Positions 35,943 through 44,658 of a stretch of DNA of 64,000 nucleotides are shown one piece after another. Position 1 is the stretch's first letter, and each line of letters begins with the position of its first letter. The DNA lies in NCBI GenBank assembly GCA_030616605.1, contig JAUWWY010000001.1:68251-132250 (forward strand). The letters are read 5' to 3'. This stretch comes from a bacterium. GTDB lineage: Bacteria; Patescibacteriota; Minisyncoccia; Minisyncoccales; CG1-02-41-26. The notes beneath the pieces are model-generated. The model saw only the letters and a list, made by a program, of their open reading frames with translations, ran no database searches and had not been told where the DNA came from. The position numbers and the translations under genes are program-made.

Positions 35943-36926
35943 ATGAATCCAAAAGCAATCAAAATTGAAGCCCAAAAAGAGATAAAAAGGGTAAAGAATT
36001 TAAAAAATTTAGATAAGATTTTCAAGAAATATCTGGGCAAAAAGGGAAAAATTGCCCAGGTTTTTAATTCTTTAAAAAAACTTTCCGAAAAAGAAAGAAA
36101 GAAAATTGGCAAAGAAACAAATTTAGTCAAAGTTGAAATTGATAAAATGATAAAAAAGAAATCAAAAGAATTAAAAGAAAAAGAGAGAAAAATTCAAATC
36201 AAGAAAGAAAGAATTGATATTACTCGCCCCGGAAAGAAAATAGGAGTAGGCCACTTACATCCCTTAACTTTAGTCCAAAGAGAAATTTTTGAGATATTCC
36301 AATCTATGGGTTTTTCAGTTATTCAGGGACCAGAGGTTGAGACAGAATGGTATAATTTTGATGCCTTAAATATTCCCAAAGACCATCCGGCCAGAGATAT
36401 GTGGGACACTTTTTGGCTCAAAAATAATAAGTTATTGCTGAGAACCCATACCTCGCCGGTTCAAATTCGCTATATGGAAAAGCATAATCCACCCTTGAGG
36501 ATTATTGTGCCGGGAAAATGTTTTAGGCATGAGGCAACTGATGCTTCCCACGATATTCAATTTTATCAACTTGAGGGATTAATGATAGATAAAAACATTT
36601 CAGCTGCTAATTTTAAGGCAATAATTGAAGAATTTTTAAAAAGGTTTTTCAAAACAAAAGTTGAAATTCAATTAAGACCGAGCTATTTTCCCTTTACTGA
36701 GCCAAGTTTTGAGATAGATGTTCGGAAAGAAAAAGGGAAATGGGTTGAGATGATGGGGGCCGGGATGGTTCACCCCAATGTTTTTAAAGCAGCTGGTTTA
36801 AACCCTAAAGAATGGCAAGGATTTGCCTTTGGGGTGGGATTGGATAGATTAGCAATGGTCAAATATAAAATTGGAGACATTAGATTGTTTTATCAGGGAG
36901 ATTTACGATTTTTAAAACAGTTTTAA
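35943..36926 (+). CDS. pheS: Phenylalanyl-tRNA synthetase alpha subunit
   Basis: It has class II motifs (HPL..., RTHTSPVQIR, FRHEA.DA.H...FHQ-type, GAGMVHPNV and GFAFGVGLDRLAM). Confidence 0.95.
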   Translation: MNPKAIKIEAQKEIKRVKNLKNLDKIFKKYLGKKGKIAQVFNSLKKLSEKERKKIGKETNLVKVEIDKMIKKKSKELKEKERKIQIKKERIDITRPGKKIGVGHLHPLTLVQREIFEIFQSMGFSVIQGPEVETEWYNFDALNIPKDHPARDMWDTFWLKNNKLLLRTHTSPVQIRYMEKHNPPLRIIVPGKCFRHEATDASHDIQFYQLEGLMIDKNISAANFKAIIEEFLKRFFKTKVEIQLRPSYFPFTEPSFEIDVRKEKGKWVEMMGAGMVHPNVFKAAGLNPKEWQGFAFGVGLDRLAMVKYKIGDIRLFYQGDLRFLKQF

Positions 36927-36933
36927 AGTATAT

Positions 36934-38979
36934 ATGCTATTTTCCTACAATTGGTTACAAGATTATATTAAGGAAAAACTATTTCCAGCAGAGAAACTGG
37001 CTGAGATTTTAACTAGGCACAGTTTTGAGATAGAAGATGTTAAAAAGAGAGGTAAAGATTGGCTTTTAGATATTGATGTTTTACCAAATCGAGGAGCTGA
37101 CTGTTTTTCTCATTTGGGTATTGCCCGTGAAATAGCAGTAATAACAAACAGTAAGTTCCAAGTTCCAAGTTCCAAGTTTCAAGAAAGTAGCAAATTAAAA
37201 GCAAGAGATTTCATAAAATTAGAAGTTAAAAATAAAGCTGATTGCCCCCGTTATACCGGTAAAGTAATTTTGGGGATAAAAGTAGGTTCAGCGCCTAAAT
37301 GGATTCAAGAAAGATTAAAAGCTTGCGGCCTCCAGCCAATTAATAATATCGTTGATATAGCTAATTACGTGATGTTGGAGACTGGTGAACCAATTCATGC
37401 CTTTGACCTTGATAAGATTGAAAAGAAAATTATTGTCAGAAGAGCCCAAAAAGGAGAAAGAATAAAGGCCTTAGATGACAAAAGCTATAGCTTAGATAGA
37501 GACATTTTAGTAATAGCAGACGAGAAAGGACCAATTGCCATTGCTGGAATAAAAGGAGGGGAAAAAACTGGCATTGATTCTAAAACAAAAAATATAGTTA
37601 TTGAAGCAGCTAATTTCAATCAAAAAGTTATTCGTCAGGGTTCCAGAAAATTGAAACTAAGAACAGATGCTTCTTTGCGGTTTGAGAATGGAATTGACCC
37701 AAACTTGATTGACTCTGCTCAAGAAAGAATTGTCTCTTTAATTCAAGAAATAGCTGGTGGGAAAATCGCAAAAGGATTAATAGGCTTTTATCCAAATAAA
37801 GTCCGGCCCAAGAAAATAAATCTTGATTTAAATTACAGCGAAAAACTATTAGGTATCAAAGTTCCAAAACAAAAAGCGATAAAAATCCTAAAATCTTTAG
37901 GTTTCCAATCTTACGAGGTTGAGCCTCGTGAGATTGTAGTGGAGGTACCGACCAGAAGATTAGATGTTTCAATTCAGGAAGATTTAATTGAAGAGATAGG
38001 AAGGATTGTCGGTTTCCAGAATATTCCTTCAGCTTTTCCTCAGGCAGCTTTGATTTCTCCAGAAAAAAATCAAGAACTGTTTTGGCAGAAAAATATAAAA
38101 GATATTTTAAAAGAAATAGGATTCTCTGAAGTTTATAATTACTCTTTTATAGGAGAGAAAGAAGAAGATATTTTTGGTTGGAAAACAGCTGAGTTAATAG
38201 AATTAGAAAATCCAATGAGTTCTTTTAATAAATATTTGAGGCCAAGTTTGATTCCAAATTTACTGAAAAATATTAGAGAAAACTTAAAGTTTGTTAGCGA
38301 AATAAAAATTTTTGAGATTGGAAAAATCTTTATCAAGAAAAAAAGTTTATTGGAAAAGGAAATGTTAGCAGGGATTTTAACGAGAAAGGGGATAAAAGAT
38401 GAGGGTTTTTATGAGTTGAAGGGGATAGTTGATTCTTTGCTCAATAAATTAGGGATAAGCAATATTTGGTATGATGAATATCAGTCAACCCCTGAAGAGT
38501 CAAAATTGACTCATTGGCATCCTTCAAAATGTGCTGAGATTAAGAGTGATGGAGAAGAAATTGGCTTTTTGGGAGAAATTTCTCCAAAAATTTTAGAAGA
38601 TTTAAGAATTAAAGAAAAGGTCTTTGTTTTTGATTTGGATTTTGAAAAGTTGCTGAAATTAGTTTCCGAGGAACATGAATATCAACCAATTTCTCTTTTT
38701 CCAACAGCAGTTAGAGATTTGGCTGTTTTAGTTCCCCAAGGGACAAAAGTAGTAACGCTTTTGAATAGAATAAATTCAGCTGGGGGAAAATTAGTTCGGG
38801 ATGTTGACCTTTTTGATGTTTATCAAGGAAGGGAGATTCCCAGAAATAAAGAAAATTTTGCTTTTCATATAATTTATCAAGCTGAAGATAGAACTTTGTC
38901 TTCAAAAGAAATTGATAAAATACATCAGAAAATAATTAAAGCCCTGGAAGAAAATCCTGAATGGGAAGTAAGGAAGTAA
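36934..38979 (+). CDS. pheT: Phenylalanyl-tRNA synthetase beta subunit (681 aa, compact)
   Basis: It opens MLFSYNWLQDYI, contains B3/4 and B5 segments and an FDX-ACB-like C-terminus (FDVYQG...K.S.AF.I.YQ). Confidence 0.9.
   Translation: MLFSYNWLQDYIKEKLFPAEKLAEILTRHSFEIEDVKKRGKDWLLDIDVLPNRGADCFSHLGIAREIAVITNSKFQVPSSKFQESSKLKARDFIKLEVKNKADCPRYTGKVILGIKVGSAPKWIQERLKACGLQPINNIVDIANYVMLETGEPIHAFDLDKIEKKIIVRRAQKGERIKALDDKSYSLDRDILVIADEKGPIAIAGIKGGEKTGIDSKTKNIVIEAANFNQKVIRQGSRKLKLRTDASLRFENGIDPNLIDSAQERIVSLIQEIAGGKIAKGLIGFYPNKVRPKKINLDLNYSEKLLGIKVPKQKAIKILKSLGFQSYEVEPREIVVEVPTRRLDVSIQEDLIEEIGRIVGFQNIPSAFPQAALISPEKNQELFWQKNIKDILKEIGFSEVYNYSFIGEKEEDIFGWKTAELIELENPMSSFNKYLRPSLIPNLLKNIRENLKFVSEIKIFEIGKIFIKKKSLLEKEMLAGILTRKGIKDEGFYELKGIVDSLLNKLGISNIWYDEYQSTPEESKLTHWHPSKCAEIKSDGEEIGFLGEISPKILEDLRIKEKVFVFDLDFEKLLKLVSEEHEYQPISLFPTAVRDLAVLVPQGTKVVTLLNRINSAGGKLVRDVDLFDVYQGREIPRNKENFAFHIIYQAEDRTLSSKEIDKIHQKIIKALEENPEWEVRK
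37153..37180. repeat. 7-bp tandem repeat AAGTTCC x4 inside pheT
   Basis: The sequence is aagttcc aagttcc aagttcc aagtttc and encodes SKFQVPSSKFQ. Confidence 0.9.
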
Positions 38980-38987
38980 TTAAAAAT

Positions 38988-40952
38988 ATGAGTCCTAAAA
39001 AAACTAAACAAAAAACAACTAAACCAGTAAAAAGAACAAAAAAAGAAGAGTCTTATACAGCTAAAGATATCTATGTTTTAAAGGGCCTTGAACCAATCCG
39101 GCGAAGACCGGGAATGTACATTGGTTCAACCGGGCCGGAAGGTTTACACCACTTAATATGGGAGTGTGTTGATAACTCATTAGATGAGGCGATTGCTGGA
39201 TATTGTAAAAACATTGAAGTTCATCTTTTGTCAGAAAATAAAGTAAAGACAATAGATGATGGAAGAGGAATCCCAGTTGAGAAACACCCTCAAACCAAAA
39301 AATCAGCTTTGGAGACAGTAATGACAACCCTGCATGCTGGAGCTAAATTTGGTGGCAAGGCCTATCAGATAGCCGGGGGATTACATGGAGTCGGAGTTTC
39401 AGTAGTTTGTGCTCTATCTCAAAATCTCAAAGCAGAAGTCTGTAGAAAGGAGGTAAGGTATACTCAAGAATATTCTCGAGGAAAAACCAAAACCAAAGTT
39501 AATAAAGCGGGCAAGTGCAAGAAATCAGGGACGACTATAACTTTTGAGCCTGACCCAGAGATTTTCAAAAATATTAATTTTGACCTTAAAAGAGTTTTAA
39601 ATCACCTTCGTCAACAGGCATATCTTACTCCTGGAGTTAAAATAAGTGTTCACGACCAACGAAGCTCTCCTTTTCTTGTCTATAATTTTTATTTTGAAGG
39701 AGGATTACGCTCTTATATAAGATACTTAGTTAATGAAACTGAAACTCATCATGATAATATTTTTTACGGCCGAGGAGAAAAAGAAGGAATTTTAGTTGAA
39801 GTTGCTCTTCAATACGCCAAAGAAATGGAAGCTTTTGAAGAAAGTTTTGCTAATAATATTTATACCGGTGAAGGGGGAACCCATCTTACTGGCTTTAGAA
39901 CTGCCTTAACCAGAACCTTAAATGACTATGCTAGAAAAAATGATTTTCTTAAAGAAAAAGAGGAAAATTTTTCTGGAAATGACGTTAGAGAAGGATTAGT
40001 GGCTGCTATTTCAGTTAAACTAAAAGACCCCCAGTTTGAAGGTCAAACCAAAGCAAAATTGGGCAATTCTGAGGCAAGAACTATAACTGATAGTATTTGT
40101 TCTGAAACTTTGACTGATTTTTTAGAAAAAAATCCTCACGATGCCAAAGCCATTATTGAAAATTGCTTACTCGCTTCAAAAGCCAGAAAAGCAGCAAAAG
40201 CTGCCAGAACTACGGTGCTTAGAAAAGGAATTTTAGAAGGTTTAACTTTACCGGGAAAATTAGCTGATTGTTCTTCCAGAAGTCCCGAAGAATCCGAACT
40301 TTATATCGTTGAAGGCGACTCAGCCGGAGGAAGTAGCAAGATGGCAAGAGATAGGAGGACTCAGGCAATTTTACCCTTGAAAGGAAAAATTTTAAATGTT
40401 GAAAGAAAAAGATTAAGTAAAATTTTAAGCTCAGAAGAAATAAAATCTTTAATCATTGCTCTAGGAACAGCTATTGCCGAAGATTTTAATATAAATAAGT
40501 TAAGGTATCACAGAATTATAATAATGACTGATGCTGATGTTGATGGCGCCCATATAAGGACTTTACTTCTGACTTTATTTTTCAGATATTTCAGGGAGAT
40601 AATTGAAAAAGGATATCTTTATATTGCTCAACCTCCTCTTTACAAAATTCAATCTGGAAAAAGAAAAGAATATGCTTATACTGAAGCTGATAAGGAAGAA
40701 ATTTTATCCTCATTTAAAAAAGAAAAAACAGTTGGCCAAGGTATCCAACGTTATAAAGGATTAGGAGAAATGAATTCTCAAGAGCTTTGGCAGACTACTA
40801 TGGACCCGGAAAATCGGACATTATTGAATGTAAGGGTTGAAGATGCTAAAACTGCTGACCACATTTTTGATACCCTAATGGGTAAAGAAGTGTTACCAAG
40901 AAAGAAGTTTATTCAGGCCTATGCTAAAAAGGTCAAGAATTTGGATATTTGA
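38988..40952 (+). CDS. gyrB: DNA gyrase subunit B with Lys/Thr-rich N-terminal tail
   Basis: Motifs are LEPIRRRPGMYIGST, GLHHL, a Toprim domain (EGDSAGGS) and PLKGKILNVE. The ATG at 38988 is preferred. An alternative start at 38961 would overlap pheT. Confidence 0.95.
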   Translation: MSPKKTKQKTTKPVKRTKKEESYTAKDIYVLKGLEPIRRRPGMYIGSTGPEGLHHLIWECVDNSLDEAIAGYCKNIEVHLLSENKVKTIDDGRGIPVEKHPQTKKSALETVMTTLHAGAKFGGKAYQIAGGLHGVGVSVVCALSQNLKAEVCRKEVRYTQEYSRGKTKTKVNKAGKCKKSGTTITFEPDPEIFKNINFDLKRVLNHLRQQAYLTPGVKISVHDQRSSPFLVYNFYFEGGLRSYIRYLVNETETHHDNIFYGRGEKEGILVEVALQYAKEMEAFEESFANNIYTGEGGTHLTGFRTALTRTLNDYARKNDFLKEKEENFSGNDVREGLVAAISVKLKDPQFEGQTKAKLGNSEARTITDSICSETLTDFLEKNPHDAKAIIENCLLASKARKAAKAARTTVLRKGILEGLTLPGKLADCSSRSPEESELYIVEGDSAGGSSKMARDRRTQAILPLKGKILNVERKRLSKILSSEEIKSLIIALGTAIAEDFNINKLRYHRIIIMTDADVDGAHIRTLLLTLFFRYFREIIEKGYLYIAQPPLYKIQSGKRKEYAYTEADKEEILSSFKKEKTVGQGIQRYKGLGEMNSQELWQTTMDPENRTLLNVRVEDAKTADHIFDTLMGKEVLPRKKFIQAYAKKVKNLDI

Positions 40953-40994
40953 ATTAGGGTTGACAAATTTTAAAAGGGCTTTAATATTGAAATT

Positions 40995-41015
40995 AGAGCC
41001 CTGAAGGGCTTTTTT
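40995..41015 (+). terminator. Short terminator hairpin after gyrB
   Basis: The stem agagccc / gggcttt has loop tgaa and is followed by T5. Confidence 0.55.
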
Positions 41016-41032
41016 AAACTTTTTTGTCTAAT

Positions 41033-41224
41033 ATGAAACTTTTTAAAAAAATAAAAACTTTCTTTAAGGAGGTTTTAGTCGAGGGTAAAAAAGTTGACTG
41101 GCCTCGAAAAAAACAAACCCTTGATTACACCTTGGTTGTTATCGGAATAACTTTTGGGGTAGCTTTATTTTTGGGAATTTTAGATTTTATTTTTGTTAAA
41201 ATTTTAGGAAAATTTATATTTTAA
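41033..41224 (+). CDS. secE: Preprotein translocase subunit SecE
   Basis: A small protein with F..EV..E.KKV.WP.+ followed by a single TM segment. It sits in the canonical position before nusG. A TTG at 41024 is an alternative start. Confidence 0.85.
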   Translation: MKLFKKIKTFFKEVLVEGKKVDWPRKKQTLDYTLVVIGITFGVALFLGILDFIFVKILGKFIF

Positions 41225-41226
41225 TT

Positions 41227-41772
41227 ATGCCCAAACAAAAAGTACAACAAGGCAAAAACTGGTATGTGATTCATACTTATCCGGGAGAAGAAGAAGCAGT
41301 AGCTAGGGGTTTAAAGCAAAGAATTGAAAATTTAAGCATGGAAGATAAGATTTTCAGTGTTATAGTGCCTAAAGAGAGAAAGATTAAGATTAGAAGTGGA
41401 AAAAGAAAGACTATTGAAGAAAGGATTTACCCGGGCTATGTTTTTGTTGAAATGATAGTTACTGATGATTCTTGGTACGTTGTCAGAAATACTCCTAGAG
41501 TCACTGGTTTTATCGGATCTGGCACTACTCCTATTCCAGTTTCTCAAAAAGAGATAGAAATTTTGAAAAAGAGAATGGATATAAAAATTCCTCAATACAA
41601 AATAGATGTTGCTCCTGGGAGTTTAGTTAAAATCACCGATGGTCCTTTTAAAGATTTTGAGGGAAAGGTTTTTGAAATAGACCAGGAAAGAGGTAAGTTA
41701 AAAGTATTGGTAAATATTTTTGGCAGAGACACTCCAGTCGAGATAGATTCTTTACAGGTAAAGAAGATGTAA
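41227..41772 (+). CDS. nusG: Transcription termination/antitermination factor NusG
   Basis: It has the NGN domain (WYVIHTYPGEEE) and the KOW motif (G..V.I..GPFKDFEG.V). Confidence 0.95.
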   Translation: MPKQKVQQGKNWYVIHTYPGEEEAVARGLKQRIENLSMEDKIFSVIVPKERKIKIRSGKRKTIEERIYPGYVFVEMIVTDDSWYVVRNTPRVTGFIGSGTTPIPVSQKEIEILKKRMDIKIPQYKIDVAPGSLVKITDGPFKDFEGKVFEIDQERGKLKVLVNIFGRDTPVEIDSLQVKKM

Positions 41773-41778
41773 AAGTTT

Positions 41779-42201
41779 ATGGCAAAGACAGTAGCCACAA
41801 TAAAACTTCATATTCCAGCTGGAAAGGCGAACCCGGCTCCGCCTATTGGTCCGACTTTAGCTCAACACGGAATAAATATTGGGGATTTTTGTCAAAGATT
41901 TAATGATGCTACAAAAGATAAAGAAGGTTTTACTATTCCAGTCGAAATTACGGTTTATGATGACCGGAGTTTTAATTTTAAATTAAAAAGCCCTTTGGCT
42001 TCCGACCTCTTGAAAAAAGCGGCTGGTATTGAAAAAGGTTCAGGGGCTCCTAATCGAAAGAAAGTTGCTAAAATTAGTAAAGCTCAATTAAAGGAGATTG
42101 CCCAAAAAAAGATGCCCGATTTAAACACTGAAGATATTGAACAAGCAATGAAAATTATTGAAGGCACAGCCAAAAATATGGGTATTGAAATCAAAGATTA
42201 A
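41779..42201 (+). CDS. rplK: 50S ribosomal protein L11
   Basis: It matches L11 over [31 protein letters not shown]. Confidence 0.95.
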   Translation: MAKTVATIKLHIPAGKANPAPPIGPTLAQHGINIGDFCQRFNDATKDKEGFTIPVEITVYDDRSFNFKLKSPLASDLLKKAAGIEKGSGAPNRKKVAKISKAQLKEIAQKKMPDLNTEDIEQAMKIIEGTAKNMGIEIKD

Positions 42202-42208
42202 TAAATCC

Positions 42209-42643
42209 ATGAATTACTACAAAAAAATATTGTTAATCGTTTTATTTATTGTCTTTTTAGGAGTTCTTTTGTTTTTGGGTAACGAATTTTTAAACAAAAC
42301 TTCTCAAGAACCCATAGATGAAATTGGCAATAATAAAGTTTTATATATAATTAACAAAGGAAATGAAGATATTAATGAATATCAAATAGTAATTTCTTCT
42401 GACTCAACTGTTTTTTCTTTATTAGAAGAACTTTCCCAAATAAATAATTTTGAACTTTTATCAACTTTATACAAAGATATGGGTGTTTTTGTTGAAAGCA
42501 TTGATGGATTGAAGAATGGAACAGAAAATAAATACTGGCAGTATTGGGTTAATGATAAATTAGGAGAAGTAGCGTCTGATAAAAAGAAAGTAAAAGGAAG
42601 TGATAAAATAGAATGGAAATTTGAAGTACCACCAGAATTTTAA
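42209..42643 (+). CDS. Membrane-anchored DUF4430-domain protein (transcobalamin beta-domain-like)
   Basis: It has an N-terminal TM segment. The C-terminal pattern TVFSLLEEL...GVFVESIDGLKNG...YWQYWVNDK......VKGSDKIEWKF matches the DUF4430 consensus as I recall it. The ATG at 42209 is preferred over 42158, which overlaps rplK. Confidence 0.7.
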   Translation: MNYYKKILLIVLFIVFLGVLLFLGNEFLNKTSQEPIDEIGNNKVLYIINKGNEDINEYQIVISSDSTVFSLLEELSQINNFELLSTLYKDMGVFVESIDGLKNGTENKYWQYWVNDKLGEVASDKKKVKGSDKIEWKFEVPPEF

Positions 42644-43215
42644 TGATGAAAAAAACAAAATTTTTAGCAGCTTTATTGCTTATTCTTGGTGGCGTGGCTT
42701 TACGGCTTTTAATGGTAGAGTTTCTTAGAATTCCTAATTTAGAAGTGGTGACTTCTTTTTCTTTAATTGCCGGAGCAATGCTTGGTGGAATTTTTACTTT
42801 TGTTGTTCCCTTAAGTATTATTGCTGTTACTGATATGTATATCGGTAATACCTCTATTTTACTTTTTACCTGGTCAGCTTTTGCAATTATTGGAATTTTT
42901 GGTTTTCTTTTAAAAAAAAGAAAATCTTTTAATTTTCGTTTTGTGGGAGAAATGACCGGAATAGGTATAATTTCCTCTTTATTTTTTTATCTTTATACTA
43001 ATTTTGGCTGGTGGCTTCTGACTGGTATGTATTCTTACACTTTACAAGGATTAACTCAGTGTTATATAATGGGATTACCGTTTTTAAGAACAAATTTATT
43101 GGGTAATCTTTTATTTGTGCCTTTTTTTACCTCTTTGGCATTACTTGCTTGGAAATATTATCCAGCTTTTAGATTATCAAAATTACTAAGGATTAAATAT
43201 GATTCTTTCAGATAA
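42643..43215 (+). CDS. Small polytopic membrane protein (5-6 TM), possible ECF-S-component-like vitamin transporter
   Basis: The 190-aa protein is hydrophobic throughout and its start overlaps the DUF4430 stop (TAATG). The function is inferred from context only. Confidence 0.4.
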   Translation: MMKKTKFLAALLLILGGVALRLLMVEFLRIPNLEVVTSFSLIAGAMLGGIFTFVVPLSIIAVTDMYIGNTSILLFTWSAFAIIGIFGFLLKKRKSFNFRFVGEMTGIGIISSLFFYLYTNFGWWLLTGMYSYTLQGLTQCYIMGLPFLRTNLLGNLLFVPFFTSLALLAWKYYPAFRLSKLLRIKYDSFR

Positions 43216-43774
43216 GGACATAAAAAAATATATCAAAGAAGGAAAAATTAAAATCAAACCCAAGCCCGATTTTAAAGAACAATTAGGAGCTTGTTCTTTG
43301 GATTTACATTTAGGTAATGTTTTTAAAACTTTTAAACCTTCTCAATACCCATATTTAGATTTGAAAAGAAAGATTAATTTTGAGAAATTTATGGAGGAAA
43401 TAAAGATAGAAAATGGTGCTCCTTTTATTTTACAGCCAAAAGAATTTGTTTTGGCTATCACCAAAGAAGACATTACTTTAAGTGATGATTTAATGGCAAG
43501 GCTTGATGGCAGGAGTTCCTTGGGAAGATTGGGATTAGTAGTTCATACAACCGCAGCCCGTTTTGACCCGGGCTGGCAAGGAAAAGCAGTGATGGAACTT
43601 GGAAATTTGGGAATTATGCCGGTAATTTTATATTCAGGGATGAGGATTTGCGCTTTAACTTTTGAGACCCTTTCTGGTCCTTGTGAAACCCCATATTCAA
43701 AAAAGAAAAAAGCCAAATACATTAAACAAAAATCTCCCCAGGCAAGCAAAATAAACCAGGAATTTAAGAAGTAA
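43199..43774 (+). CDS. dcd: dCTP deaminase
   Basis: It matches over MILSDKDI..., CSLDLHLG and RSSLGRLGLVVHTTAARFDPGWQG. Confidence 0.9.
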   Translation: MILSDKDIKKYIKEGKIKIKPKPDFKEQLGACSLDLHLGNVFKTFKPSQYPYLDLKRKINFEKFMEEIKIENGAPFILQPKEFVLAITKEDITLSDDLMARLDGRSSLGRLGLVVHTTAARFDPGWQGKAVMELGNLGIMPVILYSGMRICALTFETLSGPCETPYSKKKKAKYIKQKSPQASKINQEFKK

Positions 43775-43783
43775 TTGAAAAAT

Positions 43784-44653
43784 ATGGAAGAAAAGCTTAA
43801 AAACTGGCCATTAGTTGAGGGGAGATATATATTGGGGAATAAGAAGTCTTCAATAGCTGTTTGTACCAATGCTACGGTTGAAGGAATTGGTCTTGATATG
43901 GAAAAGATAGCAATTTGCGGCAAATGCGTAACCGAAAACATTGGAATTGAAAAAATAATTCAAAATATTGTTTCAAACCCTTATATTAGATTTTTAATTC
44001 TTTGCGGAAAAGTTTCCAAGGGTCATTTTATAAGTCAGGCGCTTATTTCTTTAAAAAATAATGGTATAGACAAGGATAAAAGGATTATTGGAGCCAAAGG
44101 AAATACGCCCTATTTAAAAGGAATTGATAAAGATTTAATAGAAAGATTTCGTCAGCAAATAACCTTTGTAGATTTAATTGGAGAAAATGATTCAAAAAAA
44201 ATAATGGAGAAGGTTGAAAAGTGTCTAAAAAGAAATCCAGGAATATTTAAAGGAGAAAACATTGAAATTGAAAATATTGAAGAAATAGAAGCTAAATCTT
44301 ATTCTGATTCTGATTGGATACGTGATCCCAAAGGATTTTTTATTATTTCTGTTAGTAAAATAAGAAACAAAATACTGGTTGAATATTATCAAGATAATAA
44401 ACTAAAAAATAAGATAATCGGTGATTCAGCAAAGGATATTTGTAAAACAATCTCTAATCTTGATTTAATTGGTAATTTTGCCCAAACCAAAGAGCATTCT
44501 ATGTATTTGGCAAGAGAACTTCAAAAAGCAGAAATAGCTCTAAAAAATAATTTAGATTTTGAACAGGAAAAAGAATTAATTTTTGAAAAGGTTGCCAAAA
44601 AACAAGAATCAATAAAAAAAGAATCAGCCGATGAATACAACTGGTTCGATTAA
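43784..44653 (+). CDS. MtrA-like (corrinoid-binding-type) domain protein with C-terminal DUF4346-like domain
   Basis: The stretch NWPLVEGRY..G....IAVCT...........IAICGKCVTENIGIEKIIQNIVSNPYIRFLILCGKVSKGH tracks methanogen MtrA closely, including the KGH His (codon 44024..44026). The C-terminal DPKGFFIISV...ILVEYY is DUF4346-like. A TTG at 43775 is an alternative start. Confidence 0.7.
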   Translation: MEEKLKNWPLVEGRYILGNKKSSIAVCTNATVEGIGLDMEKIAICGKCVTENIGIEKIIQNIVSNPYIRFLILCGKVSKGHFISQALISLKNNGIDKDKRIIGAKGNTPYLKGIDKDLIERFRQQITFVDLIGENDSKKIMEKVEKCLKRNPGIFKGENIEIENIEEIEAKSYSDSDWIRDPKGFFIISVSKIRNKILVEYYQDNKLKNKIIGDSAKDICKTISNLDLIGNFAQTKEHSMYLARELQKAEIALKNNLDFEQEKELIFEKVAKKQESIKKESADEYNWFD

Positions 44654-44658
44654 ATTTT

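Noticed and set aside
35840-36130. Minus-strand 96-aa ORF across the pheS 5' region
   Set aside because: It is antisense to the well-supported Lys-rich N-terminus of pheS. Its hydrophobic, low-complexity translation is typical of antisense reading of AAA/GAA-rich sequence.
42158-42208. Longer start for the DUF4430 gene (42158) overlapping rplK, and longer start for gyrB (38961) overlapping pheT
   Set aside because: The extensions add non-homologous residues and overlap the preceding genes by 19-44 nt. Internal ATGs at 42209 and 38988 begin at the expected N-termini (a TM anchor for the DUF4430 protein; a Lys-rich tail followed by the GyrB core for gyrB). The longer forms cannot be fully excluded.
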